A stretch of 64,000 nt of DNA from Histomonas meleagridis 2922-C6/04-290x (lineage: Eukaryota; Protista; Parabasalia), in assembly GCA_020184695.1 (NCBI GenBank), contig JAANOX010000033.1:124001-188000 (forward strand), read 5' to 3'. Below the pieces are notes generated by a model. It was not told the DNA's origin and searched no databases. It saw only the letters and a program-made list of their open reading frames with translations. Both the position numbers and the translations under genes were made by a program. Below are positions 41,275 to 52,310 of the stretch, one piece after another (within the stretch, counting starts at the first letter, position 1; each line of letters opens with the position of its first letter).

Positions 41275-42411
41275 TCATTTTATGTTGAATTTTGCTACAT
41301 TGCGAAAGCAGATCAAATAACTATGTTTTAATCCTGTACCATTGAATCCATAGTTAAAAAAGTTTTTAATTTGATTCATTGTTCCTTCTACAGTGAAGTG
41401 TGTATAATACATTTTCCTGATTCTATTTCTCATATTTTCTAATTCACTTTCATTCATTTTATCTATTTTATCAAGTATTACCTCTAATCCGTCATTTTTT
41501 GTTATGAATCCGAAATCATTCCATCCAATAGAATCATAATAAGGAACCCAAGGAATATCATTATACACATAAATTGGTATTAAGCCCATTTGAAGTGTTT
41601 CTGTTAGTCGAAAAGAATTTCTTCCATTTCCACGCGGACATAAAACAGATTTCGAATTTTTATATATTTCAGTCCATGAACGATTTTCGGTCTGTCCATA
41701 ATAGAATCTGTCGCCAAGTTTTTCGGTTGCGATTTTTATCATTTCTTTTCTCACTGGATGTGTAACCACTCGACCCATAAATACTGCAGTATATTTTGGG
41801 TTAGGATTAGGTTTAACTATGTTATAATCTTGCAAAAATAAATTTATTGGAATGTGGCCAATGCCGCCCGGTGCTAAAATTAGTACATTTTCTGGAACTT
41901 TTATGTTTCTATCACTTGTTTCAAGGCCTTCATCTAAACTACTTAAAGTTACATATAAGAAATCTTTATTAATAAGTTCCCATAGCCCTTTGACAAAGTC
42001 ACAATATGCATCTAGTCCTTGATTAAAATATAAATCAACATACTTAACGAAAATTGGAACGAAAATACCAAAGTCTTCAATAGGTTTGTCGTGGAATTCA
42101 TCATACCAATATTCTTCTACTTGTCGACCACAATACCCTGAATAACATGTTCCACCAACAGGTGGATAATGGGTTTTGATATAGTTTTGAATGATATCAT
42201 ATTGTTCTTTTCTTGATTTGGAATCTGTGATATAATGTGAATTTTGTGAAATGTTCATACATTGTAATACAGAATGAATATGATATTGACCTAAAAGAAT
42301 GTCACAATAAACGCTTGTAATTGTTGTCAAATTTAACTCCTTTTTCAAAAAAATGATCGATATAATTGCATTAATAATTATGGTGAACACGAAAGTGATA
42401 ACTTCATTCAT
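41275..42411 (-). CDS. Exostosin-family (GT47) glycosyltransferase, type II membrane protein
   Basis: ATG at 42411 followed by an N-terminal TM anchor. GT47 signature SKSVLCPRGNGRNSFRLTETLQMGLIPIYV. Confidence 0.85.
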   Translation of the reverse strand: MNEVITFVFTIIINAIISIIFLKKELNLTTITSVYCDILLGQYHIHSVLQCMNISQNSHYITDSKSRKEQYDIIQNYIKTHYPPVGGTCYSGYCGRQVEEYWYDEFHDKPIEDFGIFVPIFVKYVDLYFNQGLDAYCDFVKGLWELINKDFLYVTLSSLDEGLETSDRNIKVPENVLILAPGGIGHIPINLFLQDYNIVKPNPNPKYTAVFMGRVVTHPVRKEMIKIATEKLGDRFYYGQTENRSWTEIYKNSKSVLCPRGNGRNSFRLTETLQMGLIPIYVYNDIPWVPYYDSIGWNDFGFITKNDGLEVILDKIDKMNESELENMRNRIRKMYYTHFTVEGTMNQIKNFFNYGFNGTGLKHSYLICFRNVAKFNIK

Positions 42412-42653
42412 AAAGGGTTCAAAAAGTCCAAAGACGATACGTTCAAAAACCACCGAAACTCGTGTGTACGATGTACTCGGAATTTATTCCATGATGGAAA
42501 GTACCTTATGTGCAATATAGATGGATTAAGGCCTCATCTGTTGAACTATTCTATGATTTTCGCACATGGAAGGAGGCTCCTCCACATATAAAGTGATATT
42601 TAAATTAATGGAAATTTATTACTCTTTATTTAATTGTAAAATTTATGTTTTTT

Positions 42654-43988
42654 TTAATTCAATGTAATAATCTTTGCTCCTCTAGTACCACCAGAAGCAG
42701 CTATTGATTTCTTTACTTTCTTATTTACAGCCACAAATTTCTGTTTCATTAATTTCTTTTCCGCTCTTCTTTGTCTGTTATATTCTTTTACTGCCTTTTT
42801 TCTAGCTTTAGCTTCTTCTTTAGTTTCATTTTGTTTTGGCATTACATTAGGCTGTACTATTTTAGGTTTTTCTTCTTCATCTTCTTTTTTAACTTTATTT
42901 TGTTTCTTCTTTATTTGGATTCCTTCTTCACGTAACTTAACTGGACGATTTTCAAGATTAGACATTGTTTCTAATATTGACTGGCAATCCCATTTTTCTT
43001 TTTTCTTTTCATTTTCTTCTTCTTCCTCATATTCTTCTTCTTCATTTTCTATGTTTTCTTCATTTGGTACAAGTATTGAATCGTCTGTCACTTTTTGTGC
43101 TGATGTGGATTTTCCGCTTGGAACATATTTCTCGTGCGGGTTTTGGAATTGTTTGAAGTCTTCGATGATATCATCCCATGAAAAGTTTCCGCCATCTTCT
43201 TCTTCTTCATTTAAAAGATCTTCTTCTTCATCATTATATACAGTATTTAGAAGATATTCAACTTTTTCTTCAACCATATCCATGGCTTCAGAACGGTGTG
43301 ATATATGACTTGAATGTGATGTGGCTGCACTCATACGGGAACGAGCTATAGAACGCTTTGTTCCAAGTTCTTGATCAACAACTTCTTTCTCATCAGCATC
43401 CTCTGTATCATCTTCTTCGGCTTCAGCATCAAGACATTTAGCTATGAAATCATCATCAAGTACATCAGCATTGGGATCATCCATAGCAAGAAGAACATCT
43501 GGATCAATTTCTCCACCAAGAAGATTTTCTGTATCATTAACAAGCTTAGGCATGGATGGGTCAGCTTCGGTTCCAAAAAGTTCTTTGTCAAAACCAAGGG
43601 TTTGAACATATTCATCAACATTACTTATTTCGCGAGTTTTGAGATCATGAATGGAACCATCTGGTGCTACAAAAATACCGTCATCTGTTTCTTCATCAAT
43701 ACATTTGAAATATTGGGAATAATCGTGTCCATCATCTGGCATTCCAAATATTGAATTGTAACGAGATCCAATTCCTTTCTTTGACTTTTTCTTTTGAATT
43801 GCCTTCTTTTGTTGGTCAGGAGTCATTTGTTTAGCTAACTCATCTACAATACTTGAATCTACATCAGCACCAATATATATTGGAACAAGAACGTGACTCG
43901 GTGCATTTGGATCTGCACTAAGTGGATCATCGAGAGACCTTTGAACGAGCTGAAAAGTAACTGTCTTCCTTTTAGCTGCCTTTGACAT
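42654..43988 (-). CDS. LTV1: 40S ribosome biogenesis factor LTV1
   Basis: N-terminal KTVTFQLVQRSLDDPL..DPNAPSHVL, GxxDDGHDYSQYFK, and C-terminal WDCQSILETMSNLENRP and KEEAKARKKAVKE match the family. Confidence 0.9.
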   Translation of the reverse strand: MSKAAKRKTVTFQLVQRSLDDPLSADPNAPSHVLVPIYIGADVDSSIVDELAKQMTPDQQKKAIQKKKSKKGIGSRYNSIFGMPDDGHDYSQYFKCIDEETDDGIFVAPDGSIHDLKTREISNVDEYVQTLGFDKELFGTEADPSMPKLVNDTENLLGGEIDPDVLLAMDDPNADVLDDDFIAKCLDAEAEEDDTEDADEKEVVDQELGTKRSIARSRMSAATSHSSHISHRSEAMDMVEEKVEYLLNTVYNDEEEDLLNEEEEDGGNFSWDDIIEDFKQFQNPHEKYVPSGKSTSAQKVTDDSILVPNEENIENEEEEYEEEEENEKKKEKWDCQSILETMSNLENRPVKLREEGIQIKKKQNKVKKEDEEEKPKIVQPNVMPKQNETKEEAKARKKAVKEYNRQRRAEKKLMKQKFVAVNKKVKKSIAASGGTRGAKIITLN

Positions 43989-44643
43989 AAGATTTTAGGC
44001 TGATTTTGGTCAACCTCTGGTCATTCTTTAACGGTCTCTATTTGAGAAACTTTGTTTGAATAAAAAACGAATAAAAAAATTGGATTTCTAGTATGATGTT
44101 CATTGTTTAAGAATTTTTCAACCCAAAAAGATTTTAGCACTTGGATTACTAAGCTCTACCCAAATGATAGGAATAAAACTTTAAAAATTTTGAGAAAAAT
44201 ATAATTTTAACAAGCTACTACAATTGGTATAATAACAAATTTTACAAAGTTTTCTTTGAGATTAAGATTTATTAAGATGCATAAGTGTTCTTACATATGT
44301 ACATCATATGACAAAGGTTAATTAATCGCCAATTATTCCTGAACAAGAAAGAATTGAAGTTAAAGCAAAGGATATTTTATTATTATATTTAATATTTATT
44401 TTAATATTTTGGTATTTCGAAATAATATTTGGAATTTATGTAAATTATTTTTGACATCATTTTTTCATGCAGTAGATAAATAAAAGACTTACTTCTGGAA
44501 AAGCAAAAGAATCTTTTCATTTCAACATAAATACAAATTTTGTGATATACCATCAATTAAAAAAATGTTTGAAAGACATATTATTTTATTTATAAAACAT
44601 TTTTAATATTATTTTCAGATTTCCATTAGCGTCAACAACTTTA

Positions 44644-45915
44644 TTATAAGTCATCTCTTTCTCTAAACCCGCGACTATCGAGCGATCTTACTACGTTATT
44701 ATCAATCTTCTTCTTATGTGTTTCACTATAAATTCCATCTTTATCACCGAACGTGTTACCATTTGCATCTCTTGTGAACTGTTTACTTCTTCCAACATCC
44801 ATAATGCCCCAGTCGCGTTGCTTTTCCCATCTATCGTTCCCGCCCCACCTTTCGAATACTTTATCTTCGAGCGGTTTCACATCAAAGTAAACCTCTTTCG
44901 CCATTTCCTGCGCATATGTAAAGTTATCGGTGACAAGGAAATTGTCGAAAATGGTACCTGCGTTATCTTGCAATATATCAATGCCAAGATAACATAAGTC
45001 ATCGAATTTGCCGAAGTCTTCATCAGGTGAATAATCTGGATTAAGAATCTTACGTGGACGCCATATACCCATATAATTAGGGTTTTGAACCTCCCGTGGT
45101 TTCCAAATACCCATATAATGTGGATTGGGTATCATAGGAGGAGTCCATGTCCCATCAATTTCGTCATTCCACAATGACGGTTTTTCGGCATTTGTGTCTG
45201 GAATAAGTTTACGGTCATCCCAATTATCAGGCTTCTTGTCTTCTTGATCAATAACCCATTCTCGGTCATCCCAGTCTGATGGCTTACGATCATATGGATC
45301 TAAAATGTATTTGGGTCCTTCATAATCGAAATCTTCCTTGAAGGTAGAATGGTGAATTTCATTGCCATCTTTGTAAATGGTAAATGAACCATCGCCAAAG
45401 AGACGAAGTGTGAATAAATGAGTATGACCATCACGATCTGGATCAAGATTAGCATTCATGTTAAAGTTGGTGCCATTCCGATTAATGAGGAGTTTAATGT
45501 TGTGAGTATGTGCGTGGCAAATATCGGGACCGAACATTAAAGAATATGGTGTACCACCTGTAAAGCGTTTTTGATCAAAACCATCAGGAAACAGCTTCAA
45601 GTAAAGGCCACCACAGATTACTGGTTTATCTTGCTTGTTTGTATATTGTACAATTAATTCATGATCTTTTTCATTTTTTCCCCAACATTTTTGGAAACGA
45701 GCGCTAATACAATAATGCTTATAGTTATCAAGGGTTTTAATCCCGCGCTGAATATTTGGATCTCCTGGTGTCGATCCAGATGTAATTTGCCATCTACCAA
45801 AAGGTTTGCCGGGTGGATGTTTTTCTGATTTCACCCACCTTCGTTCCCATCCTCTGTCAAATCTTTCTTCAAAAAAAACCTCGCAAATTGTGGAGAAAAA
45901 AATCGCGAAAATCAT
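44644..45915 (-). CDS. CALR: Calreticulin-like ER lectin chaperone
   Basis: Signal peptide, VFFEERFD..W..RW, CGGLYLKLF, LMFGPDIC, P-domain repeats (KPSDWDDRE, KPDNWDD, GTWTPPMIPNP, GIWKPREVQNPNY), GTIFDNFLVTD and a C-terminal RDDL. Confidence 0.9.
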   Translation of the reverse strand: MIFAIFFSTICEVFFEERFDRGWERRWVKSEKHPPGKPFGRWQITSGSTPGDPNIQRGIKTLDNYKHYCISARFQKCWGKNEKDHELIVQYTNKQDKPVICGGLYLKLFPDGFDQKRFTGGTPYSLMFGPDICHAHTHNIKLLINRNGTNFNMNANLDPDRDGHTHLFTLRLFGDGSFTIYKDGNEIHHSTFKEDFDYEGPKYILDPYDRKPSDWDDREWVIDQEDKKPDNWDDRKLIPDTNAEKPSLWNDEIDGTWTPPMIPNPHYMGIWKPREVQNPNYMGIWRPRKILNPDYSPDEDFGKFDDLCYLGIDILQDNAGTIFDNFLVTDNFTYAQEMAKEVYFDVKPLEDKVFERWGGNDRWEKQRDWGIMDVGRSKQFTRDANGNTFGDKDGIYSETHKKKIDNNVVRSLDSRGFRERDDL

Positions 45916-46187
45916 TTGTCACTTTTTCCTTCTGGTCGGAGGTTTTTTTCTTTCATTTCTTGCAATAAACACCTTCCAAAGAATTTTTTATTTTTCATTA
46001 ATTTCATCTTCTTAATATTCACTTCAAATTGTAAATAGATTGTACATATAAAATGTTTAAAATTATACATAAAATTATTATTTTTGATGTTTATTTTTTT
46101 AATGTTTTTATCAGCCCAAGATCCTCACAATCTATAAAATCCAGATGATTAACTTGTATTAAAGTTTTATAACTTCACATTTATATA

Positions 46188-47135
46188 ATGATGCAAATTA
46201 TCTTATTAGCCTTTCTTTCTGTTCATGCACATCAACGATATTTTGCAAATAACAAAACACTTCAAATTCTTCACCCAAACAAGTTTAGAAGGTCGTTTCC
46301 TTTTGAAGTGAATCATTTAATTGTAGATGGTAATGTTGAGAAAATACCAAAAAATGCATTTTTCTTTTGGCTTTCTCTTTTAACAGTATACATTGGTGAT
46401 TCAGTCACTAAAATTGGTACTGGTGCATTTGGGATGTGTTTAAATCTACAAAGAATTATTGTTGGGAAACAATTAAAATTTATTGATGATTACTCATTTT
46501 ATCATTGTGTTAGTTTAGATTATACGGTTTTCCCAAACACTCTAGTTAAAATTGGACGTAACTCATTCACTAAATGCAAAAGTTTAGAAAATATTTCGCT
46601 TGGAAATGTAAAAGCAATTGGAATATATGCATTTTATTCATGTATTAAATTAAAGGAAATTATTATTCCTAATGATGTTATTAAAATCAATGATTTTGTA
46701 TTTTGTGATTGTAATAATCTTGAATCAGTTTTATTTGGAGAAAATCTCGAAACTATTGGATTATGGACATTTGGTAATTGTGAGAATTTGTTAAATATTA
46801 CAATTCCTAATTCTGTAAAAAGTATTGGCGATTATTCATTTTACAATTGTAATAATTTAATAGAAGTAATCATTGGAAAAAATGTGGGTTCTTTTGGTGA
46901 TTTTGCTTTTAATGGTTGTAGCAAATTAAAACATATATATTATTGTGGAATAAATGAACCTAAGTTTGGTAATGATGTATTTGGAGGCGTCCCTGAATCA
47001 ACTGTTGTTATTACACCAGTTTTATACCCAAAAAATTCATTTGATACCCTTGAAGCGAGAAGTGACGACGGAGCGAATAAGTGTGGACCTGAGCCATTTC
47101 CAGTTTCACTAAATGATGAAAATATGAAAAGTTAA
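46188..47135 (+). CDS. BspA-like LRR protein without stalk or TM (predicted secreted)
   Basis: Signal MMQIILLAFLSVHA, about 8 LRR_5 repeats and the cap HIYYCGINEP. It stops after NKCGPEP with no hydrophobic anchor. Inr-like TCACA at 46175-46179. Confidence 0.88.
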   Translation: MMQIILLAFLSVHAHQRYFANNKTLQILHPNKFRRSFPFEVNHLIVDGNVEKIPKNAFFFWLSLLTVYIGDSVTKIGTGAFGMCLNLQRIIVGKQLKFIDDYSFYHCVSLDYTVFPNTLVKIGRNSFTKCKSLENISLGNVKAIGIYAFYSCIKLKEIIIPNDVIKINDFVFCDCNNLESVLFGENLETIGLWTFGNCENLLNITIPNSVKSIGDYSFYNCNNLIEVIIGKNVGSFGDFAFNGCSKLKHIYYCGINEPKFGNDVFGGVPESTVVITPVLYPKNSFDTLEARSDDGANKCGPEPFPVSLNDENMKS

Positions 47136-47313
47136 ATCAGTAATTATTAGTCAAGGTTTCAAATAAAATTGAAATCAAGTTTTGAATTTACCAAAAATCG
47201 ACTTTATTTCTATTGTGTAATTAGAGCTATTCCTGAGCGATTTTTTTTGTTATGTGAAAAAAACGAAAGTCATTTATAAAAAAGTGACGTTTTTTATAAA
47301 ATCTTTTTTATAA

Positions 47314-47943
47314 ATGGGGGAAATGCAAGATATACCGTTCTTAATATCAGCTGACTTAGGAGAGTGTCTTGCAAACATGGAATTGCTTGATGCAGTTGTT
47401 TGTGAAAATGTACAATTAAATGATTATATCCCAAAAAATTCAGTAACAGCGCCACCAATTAAAACACGTGCAGGAAAAAGAACGTATTTAGATCCAGAAA
47501 CATTAACAAAGGCTTCTATAAATTCTGGAGTTCAGCGAATTAGAAGATCTTCCGCAAATGTAAATAATTCTTCTCCAGGAAAAGAAAAAGAATATTTGAG
47601 ATCACGAGCTGCTGAACTAGAGTCAACAATAGAACAACAAATGAAACAAATTGCAACTTTAAACAGAAGAAAAGCACAATTAGAACGTCAGTTATCTGAC
47701 CAAAGAGCACGAGGTCGGATAAGTTCTAATTTGGGCGTTCCTACAGAGCATTCAAAAAAGCAAACACATGATTCAACAGATAACGATGCAAACATTGCAT
47801 ATTGGAAAGAGCTTTACGAAGAAATGGAAAAGAAATATCAAGCACTGCATGACACCTTGTCGTCTAAAGGTGTTATTTTGAGGGTTTCAGCAAGGAAATC
47901 GAGAGCAATTCCACCACCAAAAGGTGCACCTCAATTTGATTAA
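47314..47943 (+). CDS. Hypothetical protein with a central coiled coil
   Basis: 209-codon ATG ORF with the heptad segment LRSRAAELESTIEQQMKQIATLNRRKAQLERQL. Confidence 0.72.
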   Translation: MGEMQDIPFLISADLGECLANMELLDAVVCENVQLNDYIPKNSVTAPPIKTRAGKRTYLDPETLTKASINSGVQRIRRSSANVNNSSPGKEKEYLRSRAAELESTIEQQMKQIATLNRRKAQLERQLSDQRARGRISSNLGVPTEHSKKQTHDSTDNDANIAYWKELYEEMEKKYQALHDTLSSKGVILRVSARKSRAIPPPKGAPQFD

Positions 47944-48594
47944 TTATGCGAAATATTCTTGTCATTTTATATTAAACATGTTTTTAGTGTTCTTTTCTAC
48001 ATAATTATTATCTAATTTAAAATGATCATTTTAAATTTATTTAATATTAAATCAATTAGAAACAATTAATTTGACTTTCATTTTCATGTATTAAACAGAT
48101 TGGTAAATTTGGATGTAATTTATTCATGCATTATTAATAAGTTCAAATGACAAATTAATTTAATTATTCAATAAATTATCAAATAAGTTCTGAACTGTTA
48201 TTTCAAAACACGTATTAATTTGGCAATAAAAAATGAAATAATCATCTTTCAAATTGATTTCTTTTAACTTAATGAGGAAATAATTTATTTCTGCTCAACC
48301 ATTTTCATAAACAAAAAAAGTATTAATCCAAGTAATTTGCATAATTTTCAAATAGTTATTAAAAAAAACTTTAGATCTCTATTAAGATCGTAAATCAAAT
48401 GATTATTTTTAACGATACATTTAAAGAGGTCGTTTATTTAAGTGACCAATTATTTTTATGACCGCTAGACAGCCGTTAAATTTAACTCAAACCAGAATGA
48501 TCAGCCACAAAAATTAACGAATCCGACCATTTAGTACACAATTTTTGAAATCATAACCGGCCTTTTTTTAACGAAAAAATTCAAAGTGTTCATA

Positions 48595-48599
48595 TCACT
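48595..48599 (+). promoter_or_regulatory. Inr element TCACT
   Basis: Exact TCAYT consensus starting 12 nt upstream of the GAPDH ATG. Confidence 0.65.
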
Positions 48600-48606
48600 T
48601 TGCAAA

Positions 48607-49677
48607 ATGGTTAAAGTTGCCATTAATGGTTTCGGTCGTATCGGACGTCTTGTTTTCCGTGCATGCCGTCTTCTCTATCCAAACGAAGTTCAAGTTGTCG
48701 CCATCCACGATCTTTGCGATATGAAGACAAACGTTCATCTTCTCAAATACGATACAGCCCACAGAAAGTTCCCAGAAGAAATCAAGATCACTGGTGATGA
48801 TACATTCCAAGTTGGTGAAGGCGAAAACGCCTGGACCGTCAAGAATCTTGGTGGCCGTCTTAACCCATCCCAACTCCCATGGAAGGAATTAGGTGTTGAT
48901 GTTGTTCTTGAATCCACCGGTATCTTCCGTACAAAGGCTGTTGTTGAAGATGGCAAGGTTACAAAGGATGGCTATGATGGCCACATCATCGCTGGTGCCA
49001 AGAAGGTTGTTCTTTCTGTTCCATCCCAAGACCAAATCGAATGCACACTTGTTCTCGGTGTTAATGATGAAGATCTCAAACCAGAAACAAAGTGCATCTC
49101 CAACGCCTCATGCACAACCAACTGCCTTGCCCCAGTTGCTAAGACAATCAACGACGCCTTCGGCATCAAGAACGGTTTCATGACCACAGTCCACTCATAC
49201 ACAAACGATCAAGTCGTTACCGATGTTATGCACAAGGATCTCCGCCGTGCACGTGCCGCCTGCATGAACATCATCCCAACATCCACTGGTGCTGCCATCG
49301 CCCTCCCACGTGTCGTCAAGGCACTCCCACCAAAGTCCATGGACGGTCTCTCACTCCGTGCCCCAACAATCACTGGCTCACTCGTCGATGTCACAATGAA
49401 TGTTAAGAAGGAAGTGACAAAGGAAGAAGTTAACGAAGTCCTCAAGAAGGCCTGCGAAACCGAACAACTTAAGGGAATCATGAAGTTCTCAATGGAACCA
49501 CTCGTTTCATCCGATATCATCGATGACTCACACTCATCAATCGTTGATGGCCTCTCCACAATGGTCCTTCCAAACCCAGACGGTGGCTCACTCGTCAAGG
49601 TTCTCTCATGGTACGATAACGAATGGATGTACAGCTGCCGTTGCGCTGATATCTTCCACCGCCTCGGAAAGCTCTAA
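48607..49677 (+). CDS. GAPDH: Glyceraldehyde-3-phosphate dehydrogenase (parabasalid type)
   Basis: ATG at 48607. Motifs VAINGFGRIGR, active-site SNASCTTNCLAP, IIPTSTGAA and SWYDNEW. Strong C-ending codon bias typical of a highly expressed gene. Confidence 0.97.
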   Translation: MVKVAINGFGRIGRLVFRACRLLYPNEVQVVAIHDLCDMKTNVHLLKYDTAHRKFPEEIKITGDDTFQVGEGENAWTVKNLGGRLNPSQLPWKELGVDVVLESTGIFRTKAVVEDGKVTKDGYDGHIIAGAKKVVLSVPSQDQIECTLVLGVNDEDLKPETKCISNASCTTNCLAPVAKTINDAFGIKNGFMTTVHSYTNDQVVTDVMHKDLRRARAACMNIIPTSTGAAIALPRVVKALPPKSMDGLSLRAPTITGSLVDVTMNVKKEVTKEEVNEVLKKACETEQLKGIMKFSMEPLVSSDIIDDSHSSIVDGLSTMVLPNPDGGSLVKVLSWYDNEWMYSCRCADIFHRLGKL

Positions 49678-50559
49678 ACAAATTACAGCAATAATTTTTT
49701 TTTTGAAATTCTCTGTTATTTATGTAAGGTTTTGTACTTCGCAGTGATGAATATTTTGATATTTACTCTCTTCCAAGAGTAATAAATATCTTCTATTATT
49801 AATGAAAAAGCGCAATTTCAATGTTTTAAAGAAGGGAAATGTGATATGAAATGCTTATTATTACAGGGATAATGTCTGGATGGAGGTTAATTATAAATAT
49901 ATATAAAAAATTATTAATATAAATAAATTATTTATTTTCATTAATTTTTTTCGAAAACCATGAAAATTAATTTTCGCTTAAAATATATTTATCTGGATTT
50001 TTGGTGTTGGAATTCTGTTTCGTATAAGAGACTTTTGTTTGTCGAAATATTTCCAGCTTTATTTTAATTAAGTTAACAAAAAAAATTCACTTTGATGAAA
50101 TTCGTTATCCATAAATGATGAATTATTTTGTTCATATGTTTCCACCTGCAGTTGCATATTTAGATGTATTTTTAATATTATAACTATTTAATAACAAATA
50201 TTTAAAACATTCAACCGAACTAAAAAAAAGTTACTTGTGGGAATGGTGGGGTAGATGTTACTAAATCTCATAAAATAATGGTTTAATCATTTGGACTAAA
50301 GTCAAAATCATTATATGTGATATTTCTTGAAGCTTTTCAAATTCATCACTTCGAGGTACTTTCGCAATTAACAAGCTTATATAAAATCAATTTGGGATAA
50401 TGATTTCATTTATCTCTAAATACTCATTTGCTTTCAAAGCCAAATTAAAATAATAGTTAAAAGGAGTAAAAAACTGTTTAATTAAACGTGTGACATGAAA
50501 ATTGCTAAAATTTTTCATATTTCTCATCAATTTTTGTAAATAATTTATCGCAGAAATAC

Positions 50560-51270
50560 AAATTTTCATCATAACTATGTTGCACCATTACATTTTCAAT
50601 TTTATTTTCACTTCCAAATACAAAATTATCTACAGGTCAACTATTACCATAATATTATATGCATTTTAAATTAATACAGTAAGAAAATGCACCATATCCA
50701 ATCAAACGAACATTTCCTCTATTGATCAAATTAACGAATTTTCTTCAGACACTTATTATCAATTAGATAATAATATATTATTACATGATCTAAATGCATT
50801 GTTTTCAATTGTTGTTATATATGTTAAGTTGTTACATCTATAAAATGCTTCTTCACAAATAATTTCAACTTTTGATCCAAGTATTAATCTTTCGATGCTT
50901 TCACATTCGTAAAATGCTCTTTGATAAATAATTCGTACTTTTAGTTCAATGTTTAATTCTTTTATGCTCATGCAACCTTGAAATAAAGATTCTCCAATAG
51001 TTTGTACATTTTAGACCTAATGTTAAATCTTTTAAGATTTTCCAAAAGATAAATTCACATTGTTCAATTGAACTTTCTACAATAGTTTGTGCATTTTCAC
51101 CTTTTGTAACTTTTTCTAAGTTATAGATATAACATCTATAAAATGAATATTCGCCAATTGTTTTAATATTATCACGAATTGTAATTTCCTTTAAACTTTC
51201 ATAAAAACTAAATGCATTATTACCAATTGTTTCTATGCCTTTACCAAAATGAACTGTTTCTTAAAATCAA
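50560..51270 (-). pseudogene. Decayed BspA-like LRR gene
   Basis: LRR_5 remnants in shifting frames with stops: TVHFGKGIETIGNNAF, EITIRDNIKTIGEYSFY, ERLILGSKVEIICEEAFYRCNNL. Boundaries are approximate. Confidence 0.75.
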
Positions 51271-51365
51271 AATTACATAAAACTTAAACTACTAATTAAT
51301 TTCTCAAATAATTGACAACAAACGTCATATAATTCATAAAAGAAAAATTCAGTTCAATTGGCTAT

Positions 51366-52310
51366 TTATGCAATTGGGACGCAAGCCATTGATGCAACAC
51401 CGCATTGGTTGTTCTTGTCTTTGACCATGCGGATGTAACCATCTTCACCCCATGATTTACCCCATGAGTTACGAACGATCCAATAGTTTGTTGTACCTTC
51501 TGTTCCATAACCAACGCAGCCAACGCCATGATCGAGTGATGTTGATGAGCAGCGTGATTCATCATAGATACCACTGGAATAAAGTTGGAAGCTAAAGTGG
51601 GAAGCATCGATAGCAATGCATGTTGGACCATAGTTTGTAACCTTAGCAGCGAGATCTTCTTCATCATATTCAGCAACTTCGACATAGCTTGAGATTGAAC
51701 CAACAGCTTTTGATGCATCGAATTTGCATGTTCCTTGAACAGCCTTATATGGATAATCATCTTCAAGCATGAATTTACCATCTTGGTATTTGATAACATA
51801 ATCATAAGCATATGTCATAAGACCACCATTGCATCCATAGCAAGTAGTAACACAATCAACAAGGTTTTGTTCGGATAAGGAAAGGAGTTTACCTGTCTTT
51901 AAGAAGTATGCACCTTCAGCACCTTGGATGGCAGAGAATGCCCAGCATGAACCACAGCTAGCTTGATCTTTGATATCATTAACAGCACCTTTTTCACGCC
52001 AGTCGAGGGAACCATTGGTCTTGAAGTTAGATTTCTTTCCGTTGCTAGCTTTGATTTGTGGAGCAAATCCAAGAAGTGATTTATATTCAGATGGTGTATA
52101 AGCAGAGAATTTGTTCATAGAAAGCTTGAAGGTAGATGCTTGGTTGTGTTCTTGAACGAGACGTTGGTTGGCCATCCATACACCGAAACGTGTTTGATAT
52201 TCATCGCCAGTATAAATTTGGTTTGTTGAACGCATCCATGAAACAAAAGATTTTTCTTCGTGTTCTTGGTAATATGCTGAGAATGCAGCAGATAAGAGCA
52301 AAGTTAACAT
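51366..52310 (-). CDS. Cathepsin L-like cysteine peptidase (papain family C1A)
   Basis: Signal peptide, I29 prodomain (FKLSMNKFSAYTPSEY), LDWREKG, catalytic QASCGSCWAF, LDHGVGCVGY and WIVRNSWG. Confidence 0.96.
   Translation of the reverse strand: MLTLLLSAAFSAYYQEHEEKSFVSWMRSTNQIYTGDEYQTRFGVWMANQRLVQEHNQASTFKLSMNKFSAYTPSEYKSLLGFAPQIKASNGKKSNFKTNGSLDWREKGAVNDIKDQASCGSCWAFSAIQGAEGAYFLKTGKLLSLSEQNLVDCVTTCYGCNGGLMTYAYDYVIKYQDGKFMLEDDYPYKAVQGTCKFDASKAVGSISSYVEVAEYDEEDLAAKVTNYGPTCIAIDASHFSFQLYSSGIYDESRCSSTSLDHGVGCVGYGTEGTTNYWIVRNSWGKSWGEDGYIRMVKDKNNQCGVASMACVPIA

Noticed and set aside
48607-49677. High-GC island or recent horizontal transfer at GAPDH
   Set aside because: The GC rise is at third codon positions, as expected for high expression. 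The bacterial affinity of parabasalid GAPDH is already established.
48595-49747. Multiple overlapping and antisense ORFs over GAPDH (also over the cathepsin, calreticulin and LTV1 genes)
   Set aside because: These are expected shadows of strong codon bias and show no independent protein motifs.
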